The position numbers and the translations under genes are program-made. A stretch of 64,000 nucleotides of DNA from Macrostomum lignano (lineage: Eukaryota), in the NCBI GenBank assembly GCA_002269645.1, contig NIVC01002925.1, forward strand, positions 1 to 64,000. The letters are read 5' to 3'. Shown here in pieces: positions 25,612 to 38,500 of this stretch. The notes under the pieces are model-generated. The model was not told the DNA's origin. It searched no databases and was given only the letters and a program-made list of their open reading frames with translations. The first letter of the stretch is position 1. Each line of letters begins with the position of its first letter.

Positions 25612-28600
25612 TCAGTCCCCATCAGCGACCATCTCTCGATAGCCATCTGCAGCAGTTGGAGCACCTTTAGCCGGGACCACTGTGTAGTAACTGCACTCTG
25701 ATGAAGCTTCTCTCAAGTTACTGACTGTCTGGAATGTTCAGAAAAAAAGTAAAAGTACTTTTGATACTGCAACTAGAACATGTAAGAGCTAAAGACCCAC
25801 CTCGGCTTGACCAGAATTTGGCTCAGGTGTTCTCAACGGAGTTGAAACCGCTGCAGAAACCGGTTCAGAGTGGCGGCAAATGCGCTAAAATAGTTTTGGT
25901 TTTTGTTTTTGGTCAACTGGAGTTCATGAAAGGCGCTAAAATATTTCAGAGGACTCACAGCGATTGCAGCAAACATGAGCAGCGTGGCGAGGATGAGCAG
26001 AGCACAGATGCAGATAATCCACAGACTGGCTGAAGCAGCTCGAGCACTTGACTTCAGACTGCAGCTCCACTTCGCAGTCCTATGGCTGAACCCGGAGAAT
26101 TTGATGTGGTCTGGCAAGTTCTGCGCCGCGGTGCAGCTCACTGAGCCGCTGCTCCAGCCCAGCTTCTCAGCCTCATCACCAGCGAGTGCCCACCTGCTCA
26201 CAGAGCCTTTGCTGCTTGAGATCTGCAATCAGCCCGTCAGGCAGTCTCAAACTAAAGTTCAATACCCTTCAGAAATTCCTAATCCATCGAAACTCACGAA
26301 TGACAGGAGCGTTATATTTCTCATTCTTTGTCCATCTTCATCAACCCTGCAGCTGTGCTCCGAAACCGGCTGAGATGCAGATGAGTTCAACTGAACGATC
26401 ACATCTGATTGACTTGAGCAGCTGTGTGAGTTGAAAACCGAAATAGCAACAACTCTTGGCGGGTCTGTTGGCAAAATCAAGTCAGGAGTCACGGCAACAT
26501 TCTGAGTGCTTAACTAAGCAGCATGACAGAGGCCAGGACTTACAAAGCACTGCAACAGAGGCTGACGCAAACATCAAGCCCAAGCTGCAGGTGTAGATTC
26601 CAGCATTCTCGGGTGCAGCACTGGAAATCTGCAGTATGCGACTACCTGTGCTGCAGCTTCCGTTGGGCTGGCAGAGCAGTAGGCTACTCCAATCTTCACC
26701 GATGTCAGGGTGCAGCTGGCAGGTGACCTTGAAGCTGGAGTTTGCAGCCACGACTTGATCTTCAGACGATGCTGCAATTGAAAAATTCAAATCCATTTGT
26801 AATGCCTGCATAAAAGTGAAAACAGAGAGAGGCCAGTTTCTTACACAGTACAGAAACAGTCGCTGTGACTTCAGCCCCGCGGAGACGGCACCTGTAGGAG
26901 CCTGAACTCTGAGCGGCTGCGTTGAAAACTTGCAGTGCCGTCTTGTTGAAACAGCTGCCGTTTGGGAGGCACAGCTGCGGCCTGCCAAACAAATTGTACT
27001 CATCGCTGTGCAAGATGCAGCTCACATTGAAGCTGGAGTCCTCAGCGACTACTTGATCGGTTGTCGCAGCTGCAGGTACAGGTGGGAGTGCGTGTGTTCA
27101 ATAAGCCTCATATTAAGCTGCACAGGTGTCTCAGCATCAAATCTTGACTCACAGAGCACTGCCACTTTTGTGAACGCAACAACCGACTGTCCAATTTTGC
27201 ACCTGTATGTCCCTGAGCGGGCGGGAGTGACCGCTGCAATCTCAAGGCTTGAATTCGCTGTGCAATCAGCGTTGGGGTGGCACAGCCGCAGCCGCTTGAG
27301 CTCAACTGAGTCTGGGCACTGAGCTGCATCACCGCAGTGTAGTGAGCAGCTCAGGTTGAGACTGGAGTTCTCAGAAATAATTTGATGAGGAGAGGATGCT
27401 GAAACGGTAGAGAAGTCTCAGATTTAGTCAAATAAAATCTTGAACGGAATTTATTTAAAAATTCAACGGCAGGTGACAACCCTCACTCAGAACTGCAACT
27501 TCGGTGGACTTTGTCGCGGTTTCAAATTTGCATGAATATTTTCCAGAGTGCCGAGGCTCCGCATTCTCCATCTCAATTCGGGACTGAGCGATGCAGCTGC
27601 CGTTCGGAAGACACAGCTGCACACCAGACGAGTCTGTGCTCACATTCGCATTGCCACTGTGGAGTGAGCAACTCACTTCGAAGCTGGAGTTCTCAGCCAC
27701 CACTTGACTCAGAGGTGAGGCTTCATTTATTTGAAAGGCAACAACAGAATCGACTCAAACTCAGCATACTTATAGACTGCAGGACCAGGTAAGGAATGGA
27801 AACTTACACAATACCGTCACAACAGTAGCGGCCTCAACAGCATTCAGTTTGCACCTGTAGATTCCGGAATGATAAGTTCTGGCAGCACCAATTAGCAGCT
27901 CACTTTCCAAAGTGCAGCCGTTGTTTGGTGGGCAAATCTGGAGTGTTTTGAGGAATTCCCTGCAGTCTGATGCGTCACCACAGTGCAGCAAACAGCTCAC
28001 TGAGAAGTTTGAGCCCTCCGCTACAACTTGAGTCCTAGAAGGAGCTGAAATGTTGAGACAGATCGGTTATTTAGCCTCTCCAATGGAGAGAGAGCTTCAG
28101 AGACGCGCAAATCTCATTGCTCGGACTCACAAAGCACAGAAACTGCTGTTGAAATCTTGTGATAACCAAATCGGCACGTAAACTTTTCTGCGTGATGAGG
28201 CTGAGCACGAAGAATATGAGAATTGACACCTGATCTGCAGCTGCCATTTGCAGAGCACAGCTTCAAATCACTCGCTTGAGTCGGACTGAAGACTTCTGAG
28301 CTGTTGCAGTTCTGCGTGCAGCTCAATGTGAAGCTGGCGTTCTCAGCCACCACAAGAGGGCTGTGGGCTCCTGCAATTTCAGAGCTAAATTATGCAATAT
28401 TTAAAATTCTTATCGACCTTCTTCAGAAGTAAACTACTTGAGAACTCACTGAGAGGAACAACCTGAAGTGAGAGATCTGCAAAGTTCATGAAGCCATCAC
28501 CTGCCGCAAGGTTGCTTCTCCTCAGCAGCAGGTGCCGGACCTGCAGGAAAGCAGTGCAAAATGGTTCTTTGCTTTTAATCGCGTGGTCTAACTGCATTTG

Positions 28601-30441
28601 GATTGTATATCCTCAAAATACTTGCCTCAGCCTCACAGTCCACCTTTAAAGATTCTCCCGCGGTGATGCTGCCCTTCTTGTCAGTTTGGCCGCACTTTGT
28701 CCAATAGGCCTCCGAGTCCTCGTACTGGCGACTCATGCCTTTTGAGCGGCAATGATCACCGGAAAATATCGCTTGGACTCGGTTGGAAGTGAAAATTTCG
28801 ATACCCTTGGCCCTCAGAAAGTCGGTGCTGCTTCCGACTGAAGTTTGGGAAGTTTGTCTCACCTGAAACCCAGCGCTAATGAAAGAAGGTTGAGCTCAGC
28901 TGATCGGCACTCACCCTCTCTCACTTTCACAGTCACAGATCTGATGAGCACTGTCTCATTCAGCTGCACTGCAAACCAGTGAAACCCGCCGTCTGCTTCG
29001 CTCTCGCCGCCGCTGTGGAAGAACCGGTAGCTGCTCTCCCTGCTTTCAATGTCTCGTGCCTCCCGCGAAGCGCTCCTGTTGTGAAAGCAGGTCCGTCCAT
29101 AGGCTGACGACTGCCACGAGCTGAACACTCGGCTCCTCCGAATTGGGAAATCGCCTAAATTCCACAGAATGAAATCTTTAATGCGAAGTTTGAAATGGCA
29201 AAAACTGACTTAACTATTAGAACTTCAAGCTAAGATGCTCACACAGCACAACAACTGTAGTCGAGTACTTCCAGGAGCCGAATTTGCAGGTGTAGCTGCC
29301 GGATTGCATCGGGTGCGCCCTGCGAATCTGCAGCCGATTGTCTGCTGTGCAGCTGCCGTTTGGAAGGCAGAGCTGCAGTTCGCTTGAGTCTGTGCTCACC
29401 GCGGCTGCTCTGCAGGACAGCGAGCAGCTGATCGTGAAACTGGAGCCCTCCGCCACCAGCTCTGGTGCAGACATGCCTGTGAAGTCAACCGGTTTATTAG
29501 CACAGTTTTAGTAACTAACGCTTTATTCAGATGGACTCTCAGTGTGCTCACCAAGCTGCACAGTTTGTAGCTGGAGATCGGCCGCGCTCATGAAGTCAAG
29601 AGGCGGCGAGGCGTCCTCTGCCGTCACGTTCTTTCGCAGCAGTAGGTGCCGAACCTGAAAACTCGATTTTTGTGCTTCAATAGTTTATGGCTATGAAGTG
29701 AGACATTTTCTAAAGCATAGCAACAACCCACCTCGGCCGTACACTCCACCGTGAGCAGTTCGCCGGAAACAGCGGCGTCTGCGCTCTCAGTGAGACTCGC
29801 TGGGACTCGCTGAACTGCCTGCTCATGCTCTCTGAGCTGCAGTGCTCGCCTGAAAATATCTCCCCGAAGCTGCTGGACGCCCAGATTTCAATTCCGCTGC
29901 TTCTACGATAGACGCTAGATTCGCTGTCTGCAATTTTTCGAGCGGTTTTCTAGATTAAATCAATGGTTACCAAGCAGGATGGCTCTTCACATTACCAGTT
30001 GGCTCTTCACATGGCTATTTCAGGAGTTTCTTCTAGTTTTCAATCCTCAAATCTGCTAAGCAAGTCCTCTCTCACCGTCTCTGCCCTTCACAGTCACTGA
30101 GCTGATCAGCACTGACTCGTTGAGCTGCACGGCGAACCAGTGAAACCCGCCATCTGCTTGGCTCTTGTCAGCGCTATGCAAAAACCTGTAGCTTTGCATT
30201 CTGTCACCGATCACCGAGGCCTCAGCACTGCGAGTTCTGTTGAAGAAACAGGTCGGCCCGTCGCCAAAGGACGACTGCCAGGTGCTCAGCACGTGATGCC
30301 TTCGAATTGGAAGCTCACCTGAAATTTTGAGGCACAATGGCTGAGCACTCCAGCAGTCGCGGCAGCAGCAATAATGTACTTACAGTCTGCCAGAGCACCC
30401 GGTCCCAGCGAGACAATCAGGACTAGAATCGCAGGCACCAT
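25612..30441 (-). CDS. Receptor R5: SP - FTP (disrupted) - Ig - FTP - Ig x6 - membrane-proximal domain - TM - class I tail
   Basis: Exons: SP 30441-30384 (MVPAILVLIVSLGPGALAD); lectin 30318-30076, 29927-29732 (196 nt, lacks WxxCG, out of frame), 29654-29552; Ig 29476-29243; lectin 29154-28915, 28837-28626 (GC donor), 28540-28450; Ig 28370-28131, 28044-27808, 27720-27487, 27398-27153, 27069-26845, 26771-26544; 26464-26298; TM exon 26222-25959; tail 25884-25801 and 25728-25612 (SECSYYTVV...DGYREMVADGD*). Confidence 0.85.
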
Positions 30442-31729
30442 GGAATAAACTAATCTAAAAATCAAGTTCTTACAAGAGTGGCATAAGTGATTGAGTTCAT
30501 TGCGAAACAAATATTTTTTAAGTAGCTTTTCCAAGCTTCCTGATTCCTTTCTAATGTATTCAAAGCACATGGCCTTTTATTAGCACTCTTTGCATTATAT
30601 TTATAGGACATGGTAAGTTCCTGAGTGATAATTTTAGGCCATCATCCTGACTAGCACAGTCCAGCACTTCCAGTCTCAGCTTCGTGACACCGGATGTGCG
30701 ACCTGCTACTGCAGAATCAGCAATGCTTTTTCTGTCTTTGACCTTGAAGCAGATTGCGATCGGTAGGGCTATAAATTACAAACACTGAGACAGAAACACG
30801 TTAGTCAGAACAAGGACGCATGGTGGAATTTATTATCGAAAACAGAGTCTGAATAGAGATTTATTGATGCCGGCATTCAAGTTCGCACAGTAATGGCAGC
30901 AGACAAGTACGGAAAGATAACAGCAGGGATAGCAGGGAGCGACAAGGCTCGCTCTTGCACTAATTATGGAATATTCAAGTAAAATTATTCATGCACTGCA
31001 AGCTTATCTTTCTGGGGGTCAAAGCAGCCGTAAACGCATCTGACGCAGCGACACCTGGTGCAGTTCCGTGGGCTTGTGCTCAAAAATTAGCCATTGAGTT
31101 TTCGTTCGCGGTTCAAACAAATGAGGGCCTCCAAAGCACGGAGATGTACAAGCCTGATGATTAGAAAGTCGAGGGCGGCTGTACACCCTGTGTGAGCGAG
31201 TGTACGTCGTATGTGCTCAGAGTCAGCGGAATGAGCAGAATTGCCTAAGCGCTGGTTGCGGGACGGTGTCACCAAGGGCGTTGCGCCAGGGGTCCACAGC
31301 CCTCCGGTAGTATAATTATTTACACGTACCTTTCTACAGTGACTTGCAAGCGCTTTGAAAGCATAAAATAGATAGCGCATAAATAGACTGTCTTTCTGGC
31401 AGAGCTGTCTGAGTCATGCAAAACCGGATTAATTATCGAATTCAATAAACTGGCAATTGAGTCTCTCTTGTTTATCAACTGGAACATAATTGAGGGCAAA
31501 AGTTTTGAGGGCAAAGTGAAATTGTTGACGCCAATATTGACGAGAGAATAAACACTAATATGGAAACATTATTTTCATAGAACAAGTTATACAAAGCATC
31601 AGACAAAGCAAGCTGTCAAGCAAAGGATGAGAATTGCATTGGATAAAATGAATCAGAAGTTCCTGTCTCAGAAATTTAGTTTCTGAAAGCATGAGTCTTA
31701 AAAACTAATAGCATCGCCAAGCCTTCTAC

Positions 31730-32430
31730 TTTTCTTGGAGCTCAAAGATGAAAGATACGATTTTGGCTACGGTCTGCAAAAGACTGGAAGAAAGTCCCAA
31801 GGCTTAACCCCAACGACGTTGGCAAACAAAATTTTGAAGTCAACACCGTCCAGGACATCTACTGGACGAGCCGTCGGACAAGAGCAAAATCAGACGTGCA
31901 TCCAAGATGGATCAGACCATGCAGAGACTGTTTGTACAAGTTAAGTATGGCTGGACAGCTCAGGAGCAAGTCTACTCGATTTTGACGATTGTGACGATTT
32001 TGTCATCGAAAATGGGCTTCTCTACTGCAGAGTGCAAAAAAGCACTATGGGCGCTGGACACGATGCGTGATGGACACTTGGGAGCGGACAAGATCAAGAG
32101 CATCACAAGGCAGCAGAGCTGATGCGCGGACAACTGCTGCGCGGCCCGGTGACTCAGCATGTGAGCCGGTGTGGATTCGAGTTTACGAGAACTAGAAGCT
32201 GAGGCGGCACCGGGCATGGTGATACGACAGGAAGGCCAAGCTGTGGCGTCTGTGGAGAACAACGAAGGCAAGGTGACCAGACGCCACGTCGTGCAAACCA
32301 AGCCAATCATTTTCACCGATCCGATGACAAACAGAACGAGCCGCGAGATTTTACAACCGCGGTGTCCACAAGGAGTGACCTCTGAGAGACACCCAAGCGA
32401 CTGCACGACATCCAGTTGGGAAATATGTCA
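31730..32430 (+). mobile_element. Degenerate gypsy-like pol/integrase remnant
   Basis: GHLGADKIKSITRQ resembles the integrase zinc-binding region and RTSREI resembles integrase C-terminal basic motifs; broken by stops and frameshifts. Confidence 0.45.
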
Positions 32431-32576
32431 TTTCTAAATGTCATGCATAGACGAAAAAACACTCAGGGACCAAACACCAAGGAAAAAAAGAAGAGCAAGG
32501 GAAGCTCGAGATCAAGAGCGATTAGATCGTAAACAGACTAAACAGAGTCCGCAAGGTTTATTTCAATTTTCGCTCG

Positions 32577-35500
32577 TCAGTCGCCGTCCCCGACGATTTC
32601 CTCATAGACGGTGCACTCGCTGTCGTCAGACTCAGTCCGGACCCGCCTGGCCTGGGCAGCCTGGGCGGCCGGCATCACCAGCATGTAGCTGCACTCCGGC
32701 TCCTCGTAGTCAAAGTAGTGGCGCGTCTGAAATGTCAAAAAATTGTTGATGCTGACTTTTGACGTCGAAGCTCATAATTTATTCGTGTTACGGATCTCGT
32801 CAAGCTATAGTTGACTGAAAAACTTTAAACGCTAAAACGAAGTCGCTAAGTCAGAGGAGAATTCGCGATTGTACTCCTATCACAAAGTAAGTTCTCACTG
32901 TCCCATCTGCCTGAAGGTCGATCCTCACGGATCTTCATGGGCACGATGCGACACGGGTATGCATTTAGATAAGCAAAAAAGTAGTTTAATTTGTTAAAAT
33001 TGTAATCTTCTGCACCCCCTCAGTTAATGACGTTACTTTTATTTGGGCGTCTGTTTTGAGTTTTTTGTAGAAAAATTGGTTTGGTTTTTATTGGTTTCGA
33101 GCTTCTGTCTATGGCCAAAACCGATAGATCTGACGTCTCCCACAGCCATTCGGATTCAATATGCCCATTAAGGCTAAAAACTTAGTATTTGCACAGATAG
33201 CGAGCAACTCACCGGAGGAGCCTCAACCGTCTCCGGTGGATCCGGGACTAACTGACTCACTGAGGGAAGCGACTTGAGGCTCAGCGTTATTGCTGACGGC
33301 TCAGTGGTTCCGGATTTGCACTGAAATGTGCAAAACGACTATTTGATAAATCAATATGCTAAAGCGCATGCAAGTGGGCAGCGTGTATGGCGGACAAGCT
33401 ACTGACCAAAGCCGCAACAATAATTATAACCAATGCAATCACAGAGGCCGCTGCTCCCATGCTCAGAATCGCTAAGAAGAAGCTTTTGTTCAATCCTGGG
33501 GGATGGCTGAACTCCCCTCTTAGACTTCTGCAACTCCAGTTGAGACTGCGACTCAGTGAGTAGGCGAACCCGCTGTCCGAGTGGCTCCCCTCAGCCGTGC
33601 AGTTGATGAAGACGCTCTCTAGCTTAGACAGCTTCTCATTGCTATCAAAGTCGAGTTTCCACTGGCTGACGTAAGAACCGTTATTGACTTTAGTAAAACT
33701 CGTTTCTGAAAGGCGGGTGAAGTTTTCCATTGCAGCCATGTCAGCAGCAGCACTGCAACTGTGCTCGGGTGCAGGCTGAGATGCGGAGGATGTAAAGTGC
33801 ACGACGATGTCGGACGGACTGTCGCAGCTGCTTGAGTTCGGGGCAGAGACTGATACGCTTGATGGCGGGTCTACAGTGTGTTCAGAGAGAGAGGGACTTT
33901 TCAACGTGTCTCTGTTCCATCTGAAGGCGAAATTTCTCAATAACAGTCGACTTACAAAGTACGGTAACAGAGGCTGATGTTCGAACAGCATCCATTTGGC
34001 AAGTGTAGTTTCCAGAGTGCTCATGAGGCTGGGCACTGCTGATATGCAGTTCGTCATTGGCTGAGCAGGTGCCGTTTGGCAAGCAGAGCTGCAGTTTGCT
34101 CGAATTCAGCACAGGACAAGTTCTGTCGCAGTGCCGAATGCACCGAACGGAGAAGCTTGAGTTGACAGCCACGGATTTATTTGAAGTAATCGCTGAAATG
34201 TTTAGGCATTCGACAAGTTTTTCCAAGAAGTCATTAAGTTTTAATAAATGACCTGGTTTCCAGGCTTTAGGGTTGAACCTGTGCCTGTGTCATCATCAGT
34301 CTTGGACTAATAATGCTTGTATTGTGACTTTCCAACCCGTAGGTAATTTCTCTGAAAAAATTTCTCATAGAATTACCTTTTTGAGCAGATAAGAGCCCTC
34401 TATTGAAATATGAGTGATGTCCGGCAAGTTCTGACATTTTTTGTCTCATAAGACCAAACTGTGTCCTTGAACAAGACACCCAACGCTGCATTGCTTCAGT
34501 TCACCCAGCTGTAAAATGGGTACCAGCATTAGCTAGTGTCTTGATAGGAATTGAGGGTGTGTGGCCACCCACCCCCAATCCTTGGACTGAACAGCCGTAC
34601 GCAGCCTTCATCTGCCCATTAGGGTAGGTGTAATCTATTAATAATATTAGCATTACTAACAACTGCGCTAAGCTCGATTTTTCGAGTACTTTGCGAGTCG
34701 TACGTCATGTAGTGTATGGATGGCCCAATGATACTGTTAGGTAACCAGTAAGAGAGACCATTGCCGATCGTCAAGACTGGTGCATTGCTCAAAGCTGCAT
34801 CATGTGCTCTTGGCTACTTGTCGATTCAGAAAGCCTCAAATGTCTTTTGAAACCAATCGAACCATATCAACCATTAGACCAATAATAAGGATGCTTTTAA
34901 AATAATCGATATTGAATTACCGATTTAGTGAGCAGTTCACGCGAGTAACCAGCATAAAAGCCACTCCAATCGCTGACTGTTCCTCACCATGCCTAAAAGC
35001 ATTGCTTTCAATACAATGGATGGATGGCCAAGAGAGGACAATCCAGCAATTCGAATGCTAATGGATGCAGCTCTCTTCTCTGTCTTGACTCAAAGGGAAG
35101 TGCCGCCTGGATCAAAGCATTTCTAAGAAAGTATCGAACGGAGAACTCAACTGGCGGAAATTTTTGCCTACTTAAGCCTCGAAGTCAGGCGAATTTCTTC
35201 GCATAGCCTTAACCAGGGATGCCGCATCTTCTGGGCCTTGTTGCAGCGGCTGCGCTGCTGACTGCGGCCTCGGCAGCTCGATACCAGGAGCTCGACAAGT
35301 TTCAGTGCATCAGGCCAGAGTTTGTGCAGACTCGCAGCGATGCCACATCAAAGATTGACTGCGCCAGCCTGTGCGACTCAAAGCTCGACTGTCAGGCGTT
35401 CAGCCTGGCCGACGGTCCGTGCCAGCTGTTCGTGTTCAACAGGTGCAGCAAGCGCGTGAGAGACTGCGGCTGCACTCGCAGGGCGCCGGTGTTCGTGAGG

Positions 35501-38500
35501 CAGCAGCCGGGACTGCCGCCCGGTGCTCTGTGCCCTGCCGGATTCTCTGACGACCTGTGCGGCACAAAGTACAAGATGTACTCTGGAATTCACGACTGGC
35601 TCGTAGCCAAGACTGACATCGATGCGGAGCCTGGACTCGTCATCATGGCTGACGTAAGCGACCTGGAGGAGCTGCAACATATCCGGAGTTTGGCGCCTAA
35701 CAACCGACACCAGCGTGATGCTCGGTGGCTGGCAGCTGCCCGGCAGCGAGGAGCCGAGCGGAAGCTGGTTCTGGACCAGCTGCAACTCCAGCATCGACGG
35801 CAGCCTGTGGCTGACTGGCCAACCAGATGACGCCGTGGCCGAGAGCTACGTCTCTTGCTCGCCTACGTTCGACGGCCTGAACGACTACATCGAATATTCG
35901 GGCTACTACGTCGGTGCTATTGCGGAGTTCCTGGCACCGCTTGACTGACGGACTTTGAAGCGACTTTGAGCTGACTGGAAATTTGAACCAGATAGGCCGC
36001 AGTGAACAGAATTTTGCGGCATTCCGAATTGAAATATTGATCGATCGATTGTTATAAATGCACAGCTGAATTAACGAGGATGTGCACCGGTTCGAACAAG
36101 CGCATATTGATAATATAATGAGAATATGAGAACCAAAATTGGTTTTTCAAAGACAAACCATCTCTTTATATTTGTTGCGACTTTCAGTTCTTGTAAGACC
36201 ATCAGTGGCATTGTGGTGCTTTTTCAAGCATAACCTTTCGATGGAGTGGCCTCCAAAATGTGCCGCCATAAAAATTTCAGCTGGTTCCGTTTCTGCTCTG
36301 GGATTAAAAGTGTCAGAACTTTTCCAGACATCCCCTCGTAGAACTTTATTTCCTACTATCCAGTGAGTGCCACTAGAATGAAAAAATCTCAAGCGCTAAG
36401 TGATGCTTAGGAAAACTAACGGCCTCTAATGTACGTGACAACCATTGAGCATGACATTCCAAAAGTCACGAGAAGTGACAGCAAACTCACAGAGCACAGC
36501 TACTGAGGTCGGTGCCTCAGCCGAGCCGATCTTGCACGCGTAGGTTCCAGCTTGAGCCGGAGTTGCTGCAGAAATTTGAAACGATCGATCTGAGCTGCAA
36601 CTGCCGTTGTTGGGACGGCAAATTTTCATTTTTCCATGAGCAGCTGAGTCTTCGCATTCGACTGCTTCGAGCCCACAATGCAGCGAGCAGTTCAATATCA
36701 GGCTCGAGTTTTCGGCCACCACTTGATGAGGTGAAGATGCTGGAGTTCGAGAGAGGCTGACATCAGCAAAATTGAAAGACACACGTTGGAAAACTAAATG
36801 AAGACATATTATCAGCTAGGAGGCAAGGCCAGGGTAAACGGGACTCACCCAGCACAGTCACGAGAGTTGACGCATTGGCAGGCCCGGCTCTGCACCTGTA
36901 AACTCCAGAGTGCAGCGGAGTCGCTCCGGCAACATTGAGCTGGCTTTCCCGAATGCAGGTGCCGTTTGGCAAGCAGAGCTGCAGCTTGCTGGAGTCGGGG
37001 CACTGCTCAGAGCCGTTGCAGTGCAGCGAGCAGCTCACGGAAAAGTTTGAGTTCTCTGCCACCAGCTGGTGTTCTGAGGATGCTGAAATCATCATTGGCG
37101 CTTGAAATTATAGTTTTGTTTTTTCGAATTATATTTTAATATTATATTTATTATTATTAAGTGCCTAGGCCGAGAGGGTGCTTGTTTTTACATTTTATAA
37201 CACTATTTGTTTTGAATTATTTAATATAATGGAGAAAATAAAAAGCTAATAAATAAAGTTACTTTCGAGGCAACAAGAGTTAGAACAGAATCTCTTACAC
37301 AAAGAGTATTCGAGCCTATTTTTCTGTACCAATATGAAGCCAAGGTACAGCTGCACTGTGCCGTGCGTCCTGTCTTTGATGCATTTTGCTAGAATTTCCA
37401 ATGTGTCTCTGTCCTCTTGAGTCATACGGTAAAGCACTTTATCCACTGCAGTGAGGCTTTTCAAACTCGATGTTTTATCTGAGAGTTGCTGTTCAATTTC
37501 TGACGGGAAAAACTATCAGACTTCCAACTCACTAGAACAAGAAGAGAAATTCGCTTTCTACCCCACGTGGCACTACGGGCGAGTCCTATTCTCGTCAGGG
37601 ACCTTTGGTCTCGCAGTCAGTCCTCATTGCTTTGCAGGCTGGTTTATGGCTTGCTAAACAGAACTGGGACAAGATGTACTTTAATTCTGGATTGAAAATT
37701 TCCAGGGAATACTTTTCAATTGAGTACGTAGCACCGTTTGAAGCTTTAGTAAAACTGACTTAGTAAAAGTGCAGAGCTCTCTACTCTTTGTCTCTAGAGT
37801 CTCAAATTCCAGTTTAAAACAAGGTTTTTGTTCTCTGATTGATTCGCAAGTCGTCCATGTTGATAATTTTGCCTTATGCTGCTATTAATTTTAGCTGTAA
37901 TGCCGAACTCACTGTAAATTGTGTTGGCACTAAAAAATTGAAAAGTACACGCTAGAAACCTAATGAAGAGAATATTGCAAGGACACAAGGTCACGGGACT
38001 CACCCAGCACAATCACGAGAGTTGACGCATTGGCAGGCCCGGCTCTGCACCTGTAAACTCCAGAGTGCAGCGGAGTGACTCCGGCAACATTGAGCTGGCT
38101 TTCCCGAATGCAGCTGCCGTTTGGCAAGCAGAGCTGCAGCTTGCTGGAGTCGGGGCACTGCTCAGAGCCGTTGCAGTGCAGCGAGCAGCTCACGGAAAAG
38201 TTTGAGTTCTCTGCCACCAGCTGGTGTTCTGAGGATGCTGAAATCATCATCGGCACTTGAAATTATAGTTTTGCTCTTTTTCGTTCGTCCTGCTGAAAAT
38301 ATCCTAACCCCAAAAATATCCACGGAATCGAACCAGGGACTTTGATGCAAGAGTCAGACGCTTTACCACTTGGCACAATGGCTATTTGGAATTTAATAAC
38401 GGATAGTCAAGGATATTACTACTTTTTAGCCAAACTAAGTTATTATTATCAGAGACAGGGGTTGTGTGCACCCTGGCACACTTTAAGCGACATTGTCACA

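Noticed and set aside
36147-36392. RFFHSSGTHW as a relic lectin exon
   Set aside because: The resemblance is limited to a few residues, with no flanking conservation or matching splice sites.
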